A model generated the notes under the pieces. That model ran no database searches and was not told where the DNA came from. It saw only the letters and a program-made list of their open reading frames with translations. From the IMG/VR virus record IMGVR_UViG_3300033074_000984: 64,000 nt of DNA; one strand, written 5' to 3'. The position numbers and the translations under genes were made by a program. The stretch is from a virus (lineage: Duplodnaviria > Caudoviricetes). Of this stretch, positions 29,205-38,706 are shown piece by piece; the first letter of the stretch is position 1, and each line of letters starts with the position of its first letter.

Positions 29205-31336
29205 AGATCGGAGTACCACTAGAGGAGCTTCAGAAGTGCAAGATCTTCGTAGCTACGCCGATGTACGGCGGCCAGTGCTCCGGGACGTTTGTGCAGTCGA
29301 TACAGGCTTTACAAACAGAGCTCAAGAACGCGGGTGTCGAGCTCCAGTCATACTACCTCTTTAATGAGTCGCTCATAACGCGAGCGCGTAACTACTGCGC
29401 GGACGAGTTTCTTCGCAGCAACGCGACCCACCTGCTCTTTATCGACTCTGACATCGGCTTTCGTCCTAAAGACGTTTTGAGCATGCTCGCGCTCTCCTTG
29501 ACGGAGCCACCAAACGAGTACGACATTCTTGGTGGTCCGTACCCGAAGAAGTCCTTGCCTGGGAGCGCTCTTGTTCTTACGGAGGATGGCGAGCAGCCGA
29601 TTAAAAAACTAGTTTCAGGGAAATATAGTGGCAAGGTGTTGAGTCTGTCTGAGGACGGCTCGAAGCTAGAGTTTAAGAGGGTGGTGAGTCATTCTCGATT
29701 CAGGCCTGCTTCTCCAAAGCGATGGGTTAAGTTGGTTACAGAAGGGGTAAATAAGAGAAAGCAGACCATGACGCACGATCATGAGTGTGCGATCGTGCGA
29801 GACGCTCTTCGTCCTACATTAGACTGGTTGGCAGCGGATAATATAGACGGCTGTTACGTGGTTAGGAAGCCAGGCGGCTCCGGGTTCTTGAGTGAGAACT
29901 TAGCCTACTCTTCTCAGCAGATATCTTTTCTTGTAGGTACCTTGCTAGGAGATGCTAGCGTCAAGAAGAACGGCCAAGTCGCAGTGGTCCATTCGGCTGC
30001 GTTTCGTGAGTATGCGGAGCTGAAGGCTAGCATCTTTGGCGGCGAAGTTCGCGACAGAGTCATTGAGTCTTTTGGCGGCAAGTTCAAAGCGAGTGGCTTC
30101 TATACGCCGGTTAACGCTCAAACAAAGCTCTTGAGGTCACTTCTCTACAAGAACGGAAAGAAAGAGATATCAAGCATAGTAGACTTGATAGATGAAGCCG
30201 CTCTTTCGTTTTGGTACATGGACGACGGCTTCACGAGGAGCTCTAACGGCATAGCGCACCTATGCACAGAGTGTTTCTCTAGCTCTGACATCGACTTATT
30301 GATCTCTAAGTTGAGAGGTATGGGGTTCGATCCGTCAACCTTCTCGTATAATGGGGGTACGAGGTTACGATTTAAGCGAGTCGACAGTGACCGTCTCCTT
30401 AACATTGTATCTCGCTACGCTCCAGACTGCATGCTCTATAAAATACCAGAGAGCTTGAGGTCGCCTGATAGGTTTGACTACTCTTCTATACAGCGGCTGC
30501 CATACTCGATCGCTCGAGTAAGAGCGATCGAAGAGGCGTCTGATCAGGGAGACCAGTACGACATAGGCGTTGAGGACAATCACAATTTTATAGTTTCTGG
30601 CTACGTCGTTCATAACTGCATCTCGTGGGAGAAGATACGTCTCGCAGTAGACAAGGGATACGGCGACCCCAACAACCCAGTGCCTGACCTACAGAACCCT
30701 GACATCCTCTCGAACTTCGTCGGCGACTACGTGTTCAACCTCGCGCATGGTAAGACGAACTTCGACGTACAAAAGCCGGCTGAAGTTCTTGAGTTGGGCA
30801 CGGGCTTCATGCTCATACGTCGCGAGACGCTCTTGAAGTTCGCAGAGGCCTATCCCAACTATCGCATCCGTCCAGACCACGTTCGTACACAGCACTTTGA
30901 CGGCAAGAGGTTGATCACGCAGTTCTTTCAAGCGGAGATTGACCAGCCAGACCCGTACAACGAGTTCTCTGGCGCGCTTGAACGGATCGCTGCTGGCACT
31001 GAACAGTTTAACGCGAAGGCTGAGGCTGCAGCTGCTATTCGTCGTTACAAAGAGGCGCAGGAGAAGGCCACTCGCCGATATCTGTCCGAAGATTACTGGT
31101 TCTGTCAAAAGGCGCGAGCTGTCGGTCTCAAGACCTGGTTGTGTCCGTGGGTGAAGCTGGCGCACGTTGGAACGTACTCGTTTGGCGGCTCGATCCAAGA
31201 CCTGGCGAACATCGGCGCGCCGATGACCGCTTCGCCAGAGATGCTCATGAAGCCAGGCGTGCAGAGAGCTTCTAAGCAGCCAATGACTCGAAAGGAGGCC
31301 AGGCGAGCGGCCAGGCCTAAGGTGAAGTCACGATGA
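29201..31336 (+). CDS. GT-A glycosyltransferase-like protein containing an intein
   Basis: ATPMYGG, ESLITRARN, FIDSDI, YPKK / CISWEK, GTGFMLI, LSEDYWFC. Confidence 0.8.
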   Translation: MKIGVPLEELQKCKIFVATPMYGGQCSGTFVQSIQALQTELKNAGVELQSYYLFNESLITRARNYCADEFLRSNATHLLFIDSDIGFRPKDVLSMLALSLTEPPNEYDILGGPYPKKSLPGSALVLTEDGEQPIKKLVSGKYSGKVLSLSEDGSKLEFKRVVSHSRFRPASPKRWVKLVTEGVNKRKQTMTHDHECAIVRDALRPTLDWLAADNIDGCYVVRKPGGSGFLSENLAYSSQQISFLVGTLLGDASVKKNGQVAVVHSAAFREYAELKASIFGGEVRDRVIESFGGKFKASGFYTPVNAQTKLLRSLLYKNGKKEISSIVDLIDEAALSFWYMDDGFTRSSNGIAHLCTECFSSSDIDLLISKLRGMGFDPSTFSYNGGTRLRFKRVDSDRLLNIVSRYAPDCMLYKIPESLRSPDRFDYSSIQRLPYSIARVRAIEEASDQGDQYDIGVEDNHNFIVSGYVVHNCISWEKIRLAVDKGYGDPNNPVPDLQNPDILSNFVGDYVFNLAHGKTNFDVQKPAEVLELGTGFMLIRRETLLKFAEAYPNYRIRPDHVRTQHFDGKRLITQFFQAEIDQPDPYNEFSGALERIAAGTEQFNAKAEAAAAIRRYKEAQEKATRRYLSEDYWFCQKARAVGLKTWLCPWVKLAHVGTYSFGGSIQDLANIGAPMTASPEMLMKPGVQRASKQPMTRKEARRAARPKVKSR
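29552..30616 (+). mobile_element. Intein (355 aa, Ser1, His-Asn end, Cys+1) with LAGLIDADG endonuclease
   Basis: SLPGSALV, THDH, LVGTLLGDA, FWYMDDG, YDIGVEDNHNF..VVHN/C. Confidence 0.92.
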
Positions 31337-32157
31337 GAGAGATGCCGCAGTCTGACTGGTGGGGCGAGACGAGAAAGCGACTCGCCGATGACTATGCGAA
31401 GCTGTCGCATGACGAGTTCAAGAACTGGCCGTCGGTTCGGTCGATACCGCTCTACTCGCATCTCGAGGACCAGTGGCAGGCTCAGTGGGACGCGGTGTCA
31501 AGGCTGGCTTCGTTGGGCCCAGAGTGGCCCGGGATCATTCGCCGCGGCGAGAGCCTTCATGGACACACCGACGAGAGCCGGGACGCAGCCGCTCGTCGCG
31601 TGACGCTTGGAGGCGCAGAGATGTCAACGACTCCCTGGTACGTCCAAGCTCTTCATCACGCTCTCGTCTTTGAGAGCGTCACGCGCCGGCCGATATGGTC
31701 CTACAAGAGGTACGTCGAGATCGGAGCTGGAATCGGCGAGCTCGCGAAGCTCGTGCTCGACAACTGCGACGGCGCAGAGTACTTCATATATGACTTTCCT
31801 GAGACGGCTGCGATATCTAACCTCTACCTAGAGGGCCGAGCGCGATACGTCGAGTCGACCTCAGAGGTCGACGTCGTTCCTGGTGACACGCTCTTAGTAG
31901 CTACGTGGAGCCTCTCAGAGTGTCCAGTAGAGGACCGAGCGACTCTTTTAGAGCCTTTACGAGGTGCAGACGCTCTCGTAGCTTTTCAGACAGACATCTG
32001 GGGCTACGATAACATGGACTACTTCGCGTGGGACTTTCCAAAAGAGCTAGACGCCTACGTACGGTTCAGGCCACACATTCCTGACTACAGGTACTCCCAG
32101 GGAACGAACGTTTATTGTTTTGGGAAAACAAGCGTTGCTCCCTCGGCGGGTTCATGA
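31333..32157 (+). CDS. Class I SAM-dependent methyltransferase, putative sugar O-methyltransferase type
   Basis: VEIGAGIGELA, YFIYDFPE, ATWSLSECP. Confidence 0.7.
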   Translation: MREMPQSDWWGETRKRLADDYAKLSHDEFKNWPSVRSIPLYSHLEDQWQAQWDAVSRLASLGPEWPGIIRRGESLHGHTDESRDAAARRVTLGGAEMSTTPWYVQALHHALVFESVTRRPIWSYKRYVEIGAGIGELAKLVLDNCDGAEYFIYDFPETAAISNLYLEGRARYVESTSEVDVVPGDTLLVATWSLSECPVEDRATLLEPLRGADALVAFQTDIWGYDNMDYFAWDFPKELDAYVRFRPHIPDYRYSQGTNVYCFGKTSVAPSAGS

Positions 32158-32184
32158 TATACTAGACGATAATCGGAGCATGAC

Positions 32185-32538
32185 ATGATCGACAACAAGG
32201 CGCTTGAGATAGCGACGCGAAGGTTCGTTGAGGTCTCGGAGATGACTTCCCCAGACCCTGCAGTCTTTGAAGCGATGAAGATCGTGATGTCGGAGGTGAT
32301 CCGCGCTTACGAGGTTGGTCTGTGGAACACGGACCCGCCGTCGAGTCCGACATCTGACTGTGTCGTCTATGCAAGGCATGACGGGACAAAGTGTGAGCGC
32401 GCGTTCTACGGCTGCTGGTGGAACCCGGTGGCTGGCTGGTACAGCGACGAGATACAGTCTTGTCTCGAGACCTACAGATGGAAGCCGTTGATGTGGAGAC
32501 GACTTCATGTGTCTCCACCGTTGCCAAAGGAGAAATGA
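32185..32538 (+). CDS. Hypothetical protein
   Basis: ORF with RBS after a sigma70-like promoter. Confidence 0.5.
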   Translation: MIDNKALEIATRRFVEVSEMTSPDPAVFEAMKIVMSEVIRAYEVGLWNTDPPSSPTSDCVVYARHDGTKCERAFYGCWWNPVAGWYSDEIQSCLETYRWKPLMWRRLHVSPPLPKEK

Positions 32539-32539
32539 G

Positions 32540-33205
32540 TTGGTACTGTCACCCGTAACTCTAGCCGTGCTGAAGAACTTCGCCTCCATCAGCCCGCACA
32601 TGGGATTCCGTAAGGGGCCTCTTCAGTCTACCATTGCAGACTCGAAGACGGTGCTTGCGCGCGCTAAACTCGATCAAGACTTAGACTTCGACTTCGCCGT
32701 TCACGAGCTGCCGAGGCTCTTACAAGCGCTGTCTCTCGTCGGCCAGGACGCAGACGTGTCGTGGACAGGCACAGGAGCAGTGACGATATCTGGCGGGTCA
32801 AAGACCATCTCGTACACGCCGTCAGATCGAAGCATGCTCACTCTGCCTCCCGACAAGGAGCCGAACTTTCCCGACTTCGGCGTCGAGTTCGTGGTTGAAG
32901 CGGACGTGCTTCGTGACATCGTCAAGACGTCAGACGTTCTCGGTCTTCCGAACCTCGTCATCGAGGGAGGCGACTTCGGCGTTCGCATCACCGCGATACA
33001 GCTCGACAACCCGAGCTCTGACAAGAGCAGCACGGGCATCTCGTCGAGCTCGCCGTGCGAGTTCAAGGCGGTCTTTGACAAGGCGAACCTTCTCTTTCTT
33101 CGCGACAACTACACCGTGCAGCTCTCGAGCAAGCGACTGTCTCGATGGAAGGGAGCAGTCGCTGAGTACTACGTTGCGCTAGACAAGCGCAGCGTGATTC
33201 CGTAA
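32540..33205 (+). CDS. 45: Sliding clamp gp45
   Basis: LS..TL.VLKNFASI, LARA, EYYVAL. Confidence 0.9.
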   Translation: MVLSPVTLAVLKNFASISPHMGFRKGPLQSTIADSKTVLARAKLDQDLDFDFAVHELPRLLQALSLVGQDADVSWTGTGAVTISGGSKTISYTPSDRSMLTLPPDKEPNFPDFGVEFVVEADVLRDIVKTSDVLGLPNLVIEGGDFGVRITAIQLDNPSSDKSSTGISSSSPCEFKAVFDKANLLFLRDNYTVQLSSKRLSRWKGAVAEYYVALDKRSVIP

Positions 33206-33220
33206 CAGGAGACTTTTGTT

Positions 33221-34174
33221 ATGACTGACATCCATCAGAACCTTTGGTGTGAGAAGTATCGGCCTAAGCGAGTCGCCGACACCATCCTCCCCAAGGACGT
33301 GAAGCAGACGTTCCAGAACTTCGTCGACTCCGGCAGCGTCCCTCACCTGATACTCTCCGGTGGACCGGGCATGGGCAAGACGACTGTCGCGCGAGCGATG
33401 CTCGACGAGATGGGTATTGAGTACCTCTTCAAGAACGGATCTCTCGAGGCTCGTAACATCGACACGCTGCGGGTGGACATCGCTAACTTTGCTCAAACGG
33501 TGTCTCTCACAGGCGCTCGCAAGTTCGTCATCCTTGACGAGGCCGACAACCTCAACCCGCAGTCTACACAGCCTGCGCTTCGGGGGTTCATGGATCAGCA
33601 TGCAGACAACTGCGGCTTCATCCTCACGTGCAACTTCCCCAACAAGCTGATCGAGCCGTTGCACTCTCGATGCGCTTCGATCAAGTTCGCTGTGCCCAAG
33701 AACGAACGGCAGCGGCTCGCGGGTGAGGTCCTCTCACGAGTCACTGGCATTCTCAAACAAGAGAGCGTGCGGTTCGAGACAAAGATCGTTGCCGCGCTTA
33801 TCGTGAAGTTCTTCCCGGACATTCGTCGACTTCTCAACGCGCTTCAGAAGTACTCGGCCCAGTGTGGCGGAGAGATCAACGACGGCATCCTGGTCACCAC
33901 AGACACAGACCTGTCTACTGTCGTCAGACACATGCGCGACAAGAACTTCTCTGCGGTTCGGAGGTGGATCGGAGAGAACGACGACGTTGACCAGGCTGAC
34001 ATCTTCCGGGCCCTGTACGACGAGGCATCGAAGATCGTGACGCCGTCGAGCGTGCCCGCCCTGATCCTTACACTCGGGAAGTATCAGTACCAGGGCGCGT
34101 TCTCTGTTGACCCTCAGATCAACCTTGCGGCGTGCATGGCCGAGATCATGGTCATGTGTGAGTTCGTGTCATGA
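33221..34174 (+). CDS. 44: Clamp loader large subunit gp44
   Basis: WCEKYRP, GPGMGKTT, ILDEAD, FILTCN, PLHSRC, FPDIRR. Confidence 0.96.
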   Translation: MTDIHQNLWCEKYRPKRVADTILPKDVKQTFQNFVDSGSVPHLILSGGPGMGKTTVARAMLDEMGIEYLFKNGSLEARNIDTLRVDIANFAQTVSLTGARKFVILDEADNLNPQSTQPALRGFMDQHADNCGFILTCNFPNKLIEPLHSRCASIKFAVPKNERQRLAGEVLSRVTGILKQESVRFETKIVAALIVKFFPDIRRLLNALQKYSAQCGGEINDGILVTTDTDLSTVVRHMRDKNFSAVRRWIGENDDVDQADIFRALYDEASKIVTPSSVPALILTLGKYQYQGAFSVDPQINLAACMAEIMVMCEFVS

Positions 34175-34404
34175 CTGTGTTTTGCAAGGACTGCCAGTTC
34201 CACAATCGAGGCTACTGTCACGCTCCACAGCTAAACGACAATAGCAACTCGTACCTCGTAACTGGTGAGCAGGCTACTCAGTCATGCGTGGTCGTTCGCT
34301 GTCTCGAATGCGAGTGTGGCAAACAGGGTCGATGGTTCGTGCAATGTCCTCCAGAGTCACGAAAGAGGACTTTTTGGGAGGTCATCTTTGGCAAACCCGT
34401 TTGA
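34171..34404 (+). CDS. Small Cys-rich hypothetical protein
   Basis: CKDC..C..C..CG; inserted between gp44 and gp62. Confidence 0.55.
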   Translation: MTVFCKDCQFHNRGYCHAPQLNDNSNSYLVTGEQATQSCVVVRCLECECGKQGRWFVQCPPESRKRTFWEVIFGKPV

Positions 34405-34780
34405 CTGGATTCGAGACGTCTCCGAAAAGAAGGAGAACCTCTTTGACGCTGGAGAGACGGACTACCCACCTTTCATGGTGAATCGCGGACTGTCTTACTT
34501 TCCAGACTCAGTCATGGCGGCGAGTGAGATGTCAAGGATGCCGCACCTTCCGTTAGACATGCAGCACGCTTACTACCTCGCAGATCTAACGAAGCGTCGA
34601 AGGTTCTCGCGATGGGCAAGGAGTGCTAAGAACGAAGACGCTGAGGCTGTGTCGCGCGCCTACCAGATAAATATCAGGCGAGCGCTTGAGGTGATCGGTC
34701 TGCTGAGCAGGGCACAGATCGACGAGATAAAGAAGAAGAACTCCTATGACGAGAGCAGTAACGTACGACAGTCTGGTTGA
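34388..34780 (+). CDS. 62: Clamp loader small subunit gp62
   Basis: NPFDW, YPPFMVNRGLSYFPD, KRRRFSRWA. Confidence 0.9.
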   Translation: MANPFDWIRDVSEKKENLFDAGETDYPPFMVNRGLSYFPDSVMAASEMSRMPHLPLDMQHAYYLADLTKRRRFSRWARSAKNEDAEAVSRAYQINIRRALEVIGLLSRAQIDEIKKKNSYDESSNVRQSG

Positions 34781-35147
34781 GGTGACGCTAAGGCATCCCG
34801 AAGACTTCTTAAAGATCAAGGAGACCCTCACGCGTATCGGCGTCGCCTCCTCTTACAAGAAGGCGCTGTTCCAGTCGTGCCACATTCTTCATCGTGCCGG
34901 CAGGTACTACATCACGCACTTCAAAGAGCGATATGCACTTGACGGCTTTCCAACCAACATCACTGAGGACGACGTCGCTCGGAGAAACAGCATCGCGGCC
35001 ATGCTAGCGAAGTGGGGTCTCTGTGACCTCGTTGATCCAGAAGTTGTAAAGAGTCCTCAGGCGCCTTCTGGGTCGATAAAGGTTCTGAAGCACGCTGAGA
35101 AGGACGACTGGTCACTGGTGCCAAAGTATGCACGGTGGCCCACCTGA
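34746..35147 (+). CDS. regA: Translational repressor RegA
   Basis: DFLKIKETLTRIGVAS, LFQSCHILH..GRYYITHFKE, LVPKY. Confidence 0.95.
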   Translation: MTRAVTYDSLVEVTLRHPEDFLKIKETLTRIGVASSYKKALFQSCHILHRAGRYYITHFKERYALDGFPTNITEDDVARRNSIAAMLAKWGLCDLVDPEVVKSPQAPSGSIKVLKHAEKDDWSLVPKYARWPT

Positions 35148-35245
35148 CTGCATATATGGTCCCAAAGAAGAATCAACGGGTTAACGACTCGTTACGTGTC
35201 AGTGGCACATAGCAAAACGCCAAACTAAAATACTTCGAAGTATTT

Positions 35246-35299
35246 AAGCCTGAGAAATCAACCCCTTAATGGTTGAGGGTTGATTTCTCAGGCTTTTTT
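35246..35299 (+). terminator. Long-stem intrinsic terminator ending the replication operon
   Basis: AAGCCTGAGAAATCAACCC..GGGTTGATTTCTCAGGCTT then T-run. Confidence 0.75.
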
Positions 35300-35303
35300 C
35301 TTG

Positions 35304-35332
35304 TTGACATTCTCCTCGCTCTCGTATAGAAT
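35304..35332 (+). promoter_or_regulatory. Sigma70-type early promoter; similar sites at 36025, 38314, 39273, 42414, 44430, 49772, 55741, 61274
   Basis: TTGACA-17-TAGAAT; the others are TTGAC(A/T/G)-17-TACTAT/TAAAAT/TAGAAT/TATATA. Confidence 0.85.
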
Positions 35333-35368
35333 GCTTCTCACGATGAACGATTAAGGGAAACCTTCGCC

Positions 35369-35611
35369 ATGACAACCGCCGAACTCAACAGTGAGCTTGC
35401 CCGTCTTCGTGCCGAAAACGCTGCGCTGAAAGCTCGTCCCGCGCACGGCTTGCGTGCGAAGGTTTCGGAGAAGGGCGGCGTGAGCGTCTACGGTTTGGGC
35501 CGCTGGCCGGTCACTCTTTACAGGAACCAATGGCAGCGGCTCTTTGAGTTCTCGCCCGAGCTTCGCGACTTCATTCTTCAGAACGAGGCGCGATTGAGCG
35601 TGAAGGACTGA
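35369..35611 (+). CDS. Early hypothetical protein
   Basis: KVSEKGGVSVYGLGRWPVTLY..QW.RL. Confidence 0.75.
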   Translation: MTTAELNSELARLRAENAALKARPAHGLRAKVSEKGGVSVYGLGRWPVTLYRNQWQRLFEFSPELRDFILQNEARLSVKD

Positions 35612-35800
35612 ACCGATGACCCCGCGCGAGAGGCAAGAGTTCGAGGACATCTGTAAGGCTCTCGAGCTCACAGGCGATCGCAAGCTCCTCGTTCAGAAGT
35701 TCATCGAGCGCGTTGAAGATCGCGCTCGAGCCGGTGACGGCTGGGGCGGCTGGCGCGAGGGCTACGAAGAGGGTCGAGCAACTGCGGGGATGTACACCTG

Positions 35801-36028
35801 ATGGACGTTAGCGAGCTCTATTCACTGATCGAGCAAGCGGCGTGCTCGTTGTATGACGCCGGTCAGAAAGCTACCGCGGTGCGACTTCTTCGAGACAGCG
35901 GCCGCTTCAGCCTTCAGGAGGCGAAGGACTACTTCGCTCTTAGGGAGGACACCGATCGCTTCGGTCGCGTTCTCGAGGCCGTCGAGACTCGACTAAAAAA
36001 GTCATTAGTCGAGCAATTCGAGGGTTGA
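35801..36028 (+). CDS. Early hypothetical protein
   Basis: AVRLLR..SLQEAKDY, resembles L7/L12 C-terminal-like motif. Confidence 0.55.
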   Translation: MDVSELYSLIEQAACSLYDAGQKATAVRLLRDSGRFSLQEAKDYFALREDTDRFGRVLEAVETRLKKSLVEQFEG

Positions 36029-36082
36029 CTTCAACGCCGAGGCGTGATACTATCTGCTCGAATTTGTATAGGGAGCGCATGA

Positions 36083-36535
36083 ATGACCGCCAACGTTAAA
36101 CCCGCGAAACGTTTCGCGCGAGGTGATTTTCGGCGACGCTCCGTCGAGCTGGTAGAGGCTAACCTCTCGCTTCCGCTCGACGAGATCGTCGCGATCATCG
36201 CCGAGAGCTTTGAGATGGAGCTTCCGGCAGCTCGGACTCACGTTCGATGGCTCGTCCGAGAGGGCTTCGTCAACGACCCGAAAGGGTACATCAAGTCATG
36301 GCCCAAACGGGCCCCGAGAAAGCGCGCTGAGTCGACCGACAAGAACAAGCCCGTGCGAGACGAGACGTCTCAAGCGAAGGCATCGACCGAGACGCGCGCC
36401 GAGCCCGGCGGCGGAAGCGGAGGGGTCCCCCTCGCTCCTTCCACCGCCGCCGGTGCCTCCAAGCCTGACACCAAGGCGCTGATCGCGCTCATCGCAAAGC
36501 GACGAGCAGAGGCGCAACAGGCGCAAAGCGCCTGA
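36083..36535 (+). CDS. Early hypothetical protein
   Basis: Follows promoter 36025 and RBS GGGAG. Confidence 0.65.
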   Translation: MTANVKPAKRFARGDFRRRSVELVEANLSLPLDEIVAIIAESFEMELPAARTHVRWLVREGFVNDPKGYIKSWPKRAPRKRAESTDKNKPVRDETSQAKASTETRAEPGGGSGGVPLAPSTAAGASKPDTKALIALIAKRRAEAQQAQSA

Positions 36536-36685
36536 CCAATAGGGCCTAGGGTATACCCACGGCTCTAGAGTCGAGTGTGAGACGACTCACAAGTCGATCT
36601 ATCAGGGCGGAACCCCTGTGAGATGACGTCTCACGCGAGATGGCTGATCGCGCGGATTAACCGCCCGACGCGACTGTGTAGCGTA

Positions 36686-36722
36686 AAGCTCCCGAACGTA
36701 CCGGTACGTTCGGGAGCTTTTT
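36686..36722 (+). terminator. Intrinsic terminator
   Basis: AAAGCTCCCGAACGTAC-GTACGTTCGGGAGCTTTTT. Confidence 0.75.
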
Positions 36723-36757
36723 CTATACATACCTCCGAGAGCGATAACGGAGGATGC

Positions 36758-37411
36758 ATGGGAAACGACGGTTCTGGGCTAGAGGTGTTCTCGCCAAAGA
36801 TGTGGATACTCTCTAAGGGCGTCTACAGAGAAGTGGTTTGGGGAGACGCGCTGAGACTCGCTCCTGGCGAGGAGCTCTACATGCGCGTAGACGGACGAAC
36901 CCCGCTGCCAGACAAGCTCAAGATGAACCCGTTATGGTGGTCTCTCAACGACTGGGACACGACCCCTCCGGACTGGAGCATGCCAGACGCTCCGTACTGG
37001 CTACGCGCGCTGAACTGGTGGTTCAGGAACCCATTTCACAATCTTGGACGCTACGTCTTAGGCGTCGGTGATCAGAACTACATCGTGCGCATCTATCAGC
37101 GCGACGGCTACGAGACGAAGACGAACGCCGATGGCGGCGTGTCTGTCGAGCTCGTTGGCTGGGAGAAGGGCGAGATCATCCTCTATAACGGCACGCGCTT
37201 GCCGTGGATATCCTACTCGTCAGACAAGCTTCTTTGGTACTGGGGCTGGCAGCCGACAGGCTTCGCCGGTCTCAAGATCAATCGATACCCAGCAGTGGCG
37301 CTACCTGTCGTCGCGCTCGCCGCGCCCGCGGCGTTTCTCAGCCTCATTTTTGAGCGCGCATGGAGCGCGCTTACTGAGAAGGGCCAAGCAGTCCCTGTTC
37401 TTCCCGCGTAG
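36758..37411 (+). CDS. Trp-rich hypothetical protein
   Basis: RBS GGAGG; WW..RNPFHN; C-terminal hydrophobic segment. Confidence 0.65.
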   Translation: MGNDGSGLEVFSPKMWILSKGVYREVVWGDALRLAPGEELYMRVDGRTPLPDKLKMNPLWWSLNDWDTTPPDWSMPDAPYWLRALNWWFRNPFHNLGRYVLGVGDQNYIVRIYQRDGYETKTNADGGVSVELVGWEKGEIILYNGTRLPWISYSSDKLLWYWGWQPTGFAGLKINRYPAVALPVVALAAPAAFLSLIFERAWSALTEKGQAVPVLPA

Positions 37412-37495
37412 GGCAAGAGTGCGCTCTAGGGCGCATATGTAGAAGAGAGGCGGCGCTGGTGCGCATAGGACCTCGCGAACGGTCTGGAGGACCAA

Positions 37496-38317
37496 ATGGG
37501 CATCGTAGTAGACGTGCTCGTCAACGGACGAGCAGTAGAGAAGTATCGTCACGAGGGCAAGACCTTTATCGAGGGTCGAAGGGGCAGCGAGTATGCGTTG
37601 CGCATCCGCAACACCTCGGGGACGAAGATCAAGGCGGTCATCTTCGTTGACAACAAGAACGTGATGACGGGTGACTCCAACAAGACTACCGGGTACCTCG
37701 TTGAGTCTTGGGGCTCGATTGACATCCCTGGATGGAGGATCGATCGCGACAAGGTGTCGTCTTTCGAGTTCGCCGACCTTCGAGGAGGGTATCAGGGAGA
37801 CGCTGATCTAGTCGGCGTCATCGGCGTTCGAGCTTACGAGGAGAAGCAGCTTCGCTACACGTTCGAGCCGCTGCGCTACGCCGACCACAACCCTCGTTGG
37901 CTCAATTACCCTCTTAGGCAGCTCTGCATGTTTGGCGAGAACTCGTCTGACCCTCGCGGGATCGCCCCGACATGGAACTCTACCAGCTCCTGGGGCGGCG
38001 CTTCGGGACAGAGCATCAACATGGCGGCGTCTGCGTGCACCAAGGGCTCGTTGTTCTCAGACGCATCCGCCCAAACGATGGGCTCAGGCGCAGAAGACGT
38101 CGGCTTGTCAACCGGATGGGGCGCTGAACAGAGCTTCAAGACGAAGAGCTACTACGGTGATTTCGAGCTGACGCACTCTTACGAGAGCGTCATCTACTAC
38201 GACACTCGCAAGGGCCTCGAGGCTAGAGGGGTTCGCGTCTCGCGAGCTCGTCCGCTTCCCGATGCGTTCCCAAACGACTTCGGGTGCCCTCCACCTAGTA
38301 CGGTAAGACGGGGTTGA
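37496..38317 (+). CDS. Conserved hypothetical phage protein
   Basis: FIEGRRGSEYALRIRN, IPGWR, GVIGVR, TGWG. Confidence 0.7.
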   Translation: MGIVVDVLVNGRAVEKYRHEGKTFIEGRRGSEYALRIRNTSGTKIKAVIFVDNKNVMTGDSNKTTGYLVESWGSIDIPGWRIDRDKVSSFEFADLRGGYQGDADLVGVIGVRAYEEKQLRYTFEPLRYADHNPRWLNYPLRQLCMFGENSSDPRGIAPTWNSTSSWGGASGQSINMAASACTKGSLFSDASAQTMGSGAEDVGLSTGWGAEQSFKTKSYYGDFELTHSYESVIYYDTRKGLEARGVRVSRARPLPDAFPNDFGCPPPSTVRRG

Positions 38318-38539
38318 CGAGACCCTCTTGTCGTGATAAAATGAATCGACAAGAGGTGAAAAGGTGATCAAGGCGTCAGGAGTAGTCGTCGAGCGTTTGG
38401 CCGAGCTCATCGCTCGGTCTGACGCAGAGTTCGACAAGCGTCCCTACAAGGGCCTAGGTCGAGCTGACAGGACGAGGTACCTCGAACGAGCTCGATTATC
38501 AGCAGCGATCGCTGCTCAGTTCTTTACTGAAAACTCAGA

Positions 38540-38613
38540 GCGGCTTTCCGACCCGGGGTCGGGCGCGGCTTTCAATCCGTAGCGGACGGGTTCGACTCCC
38601 GTAAGCCGCGCCA
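38540..38613 (+). tRNA. Atypical tRNA-like gene (8-nt anticodon loop CTTTCAAT)
   Basis: GCGGCTT/AAGCCGC acceptor + GCCA, canonical T arm, compact D arm. Confidence 0.6.
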
Positions 38614-38706
38614 GGAGGATAGAGATGACGTGAATGCATAAGAGGGCCGCCGTGTCACGAGTGCGACGACTGGACACGTAACGGAACACCAACTCAGAGA
38701 AACGAG

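Noticed and set aside
38540-38613. tRNA-Sec or tRNA-Pyl
   Set aside because: No long variable arm or 8-bp acceptor for Sec; no CUA anticodon for Pyl
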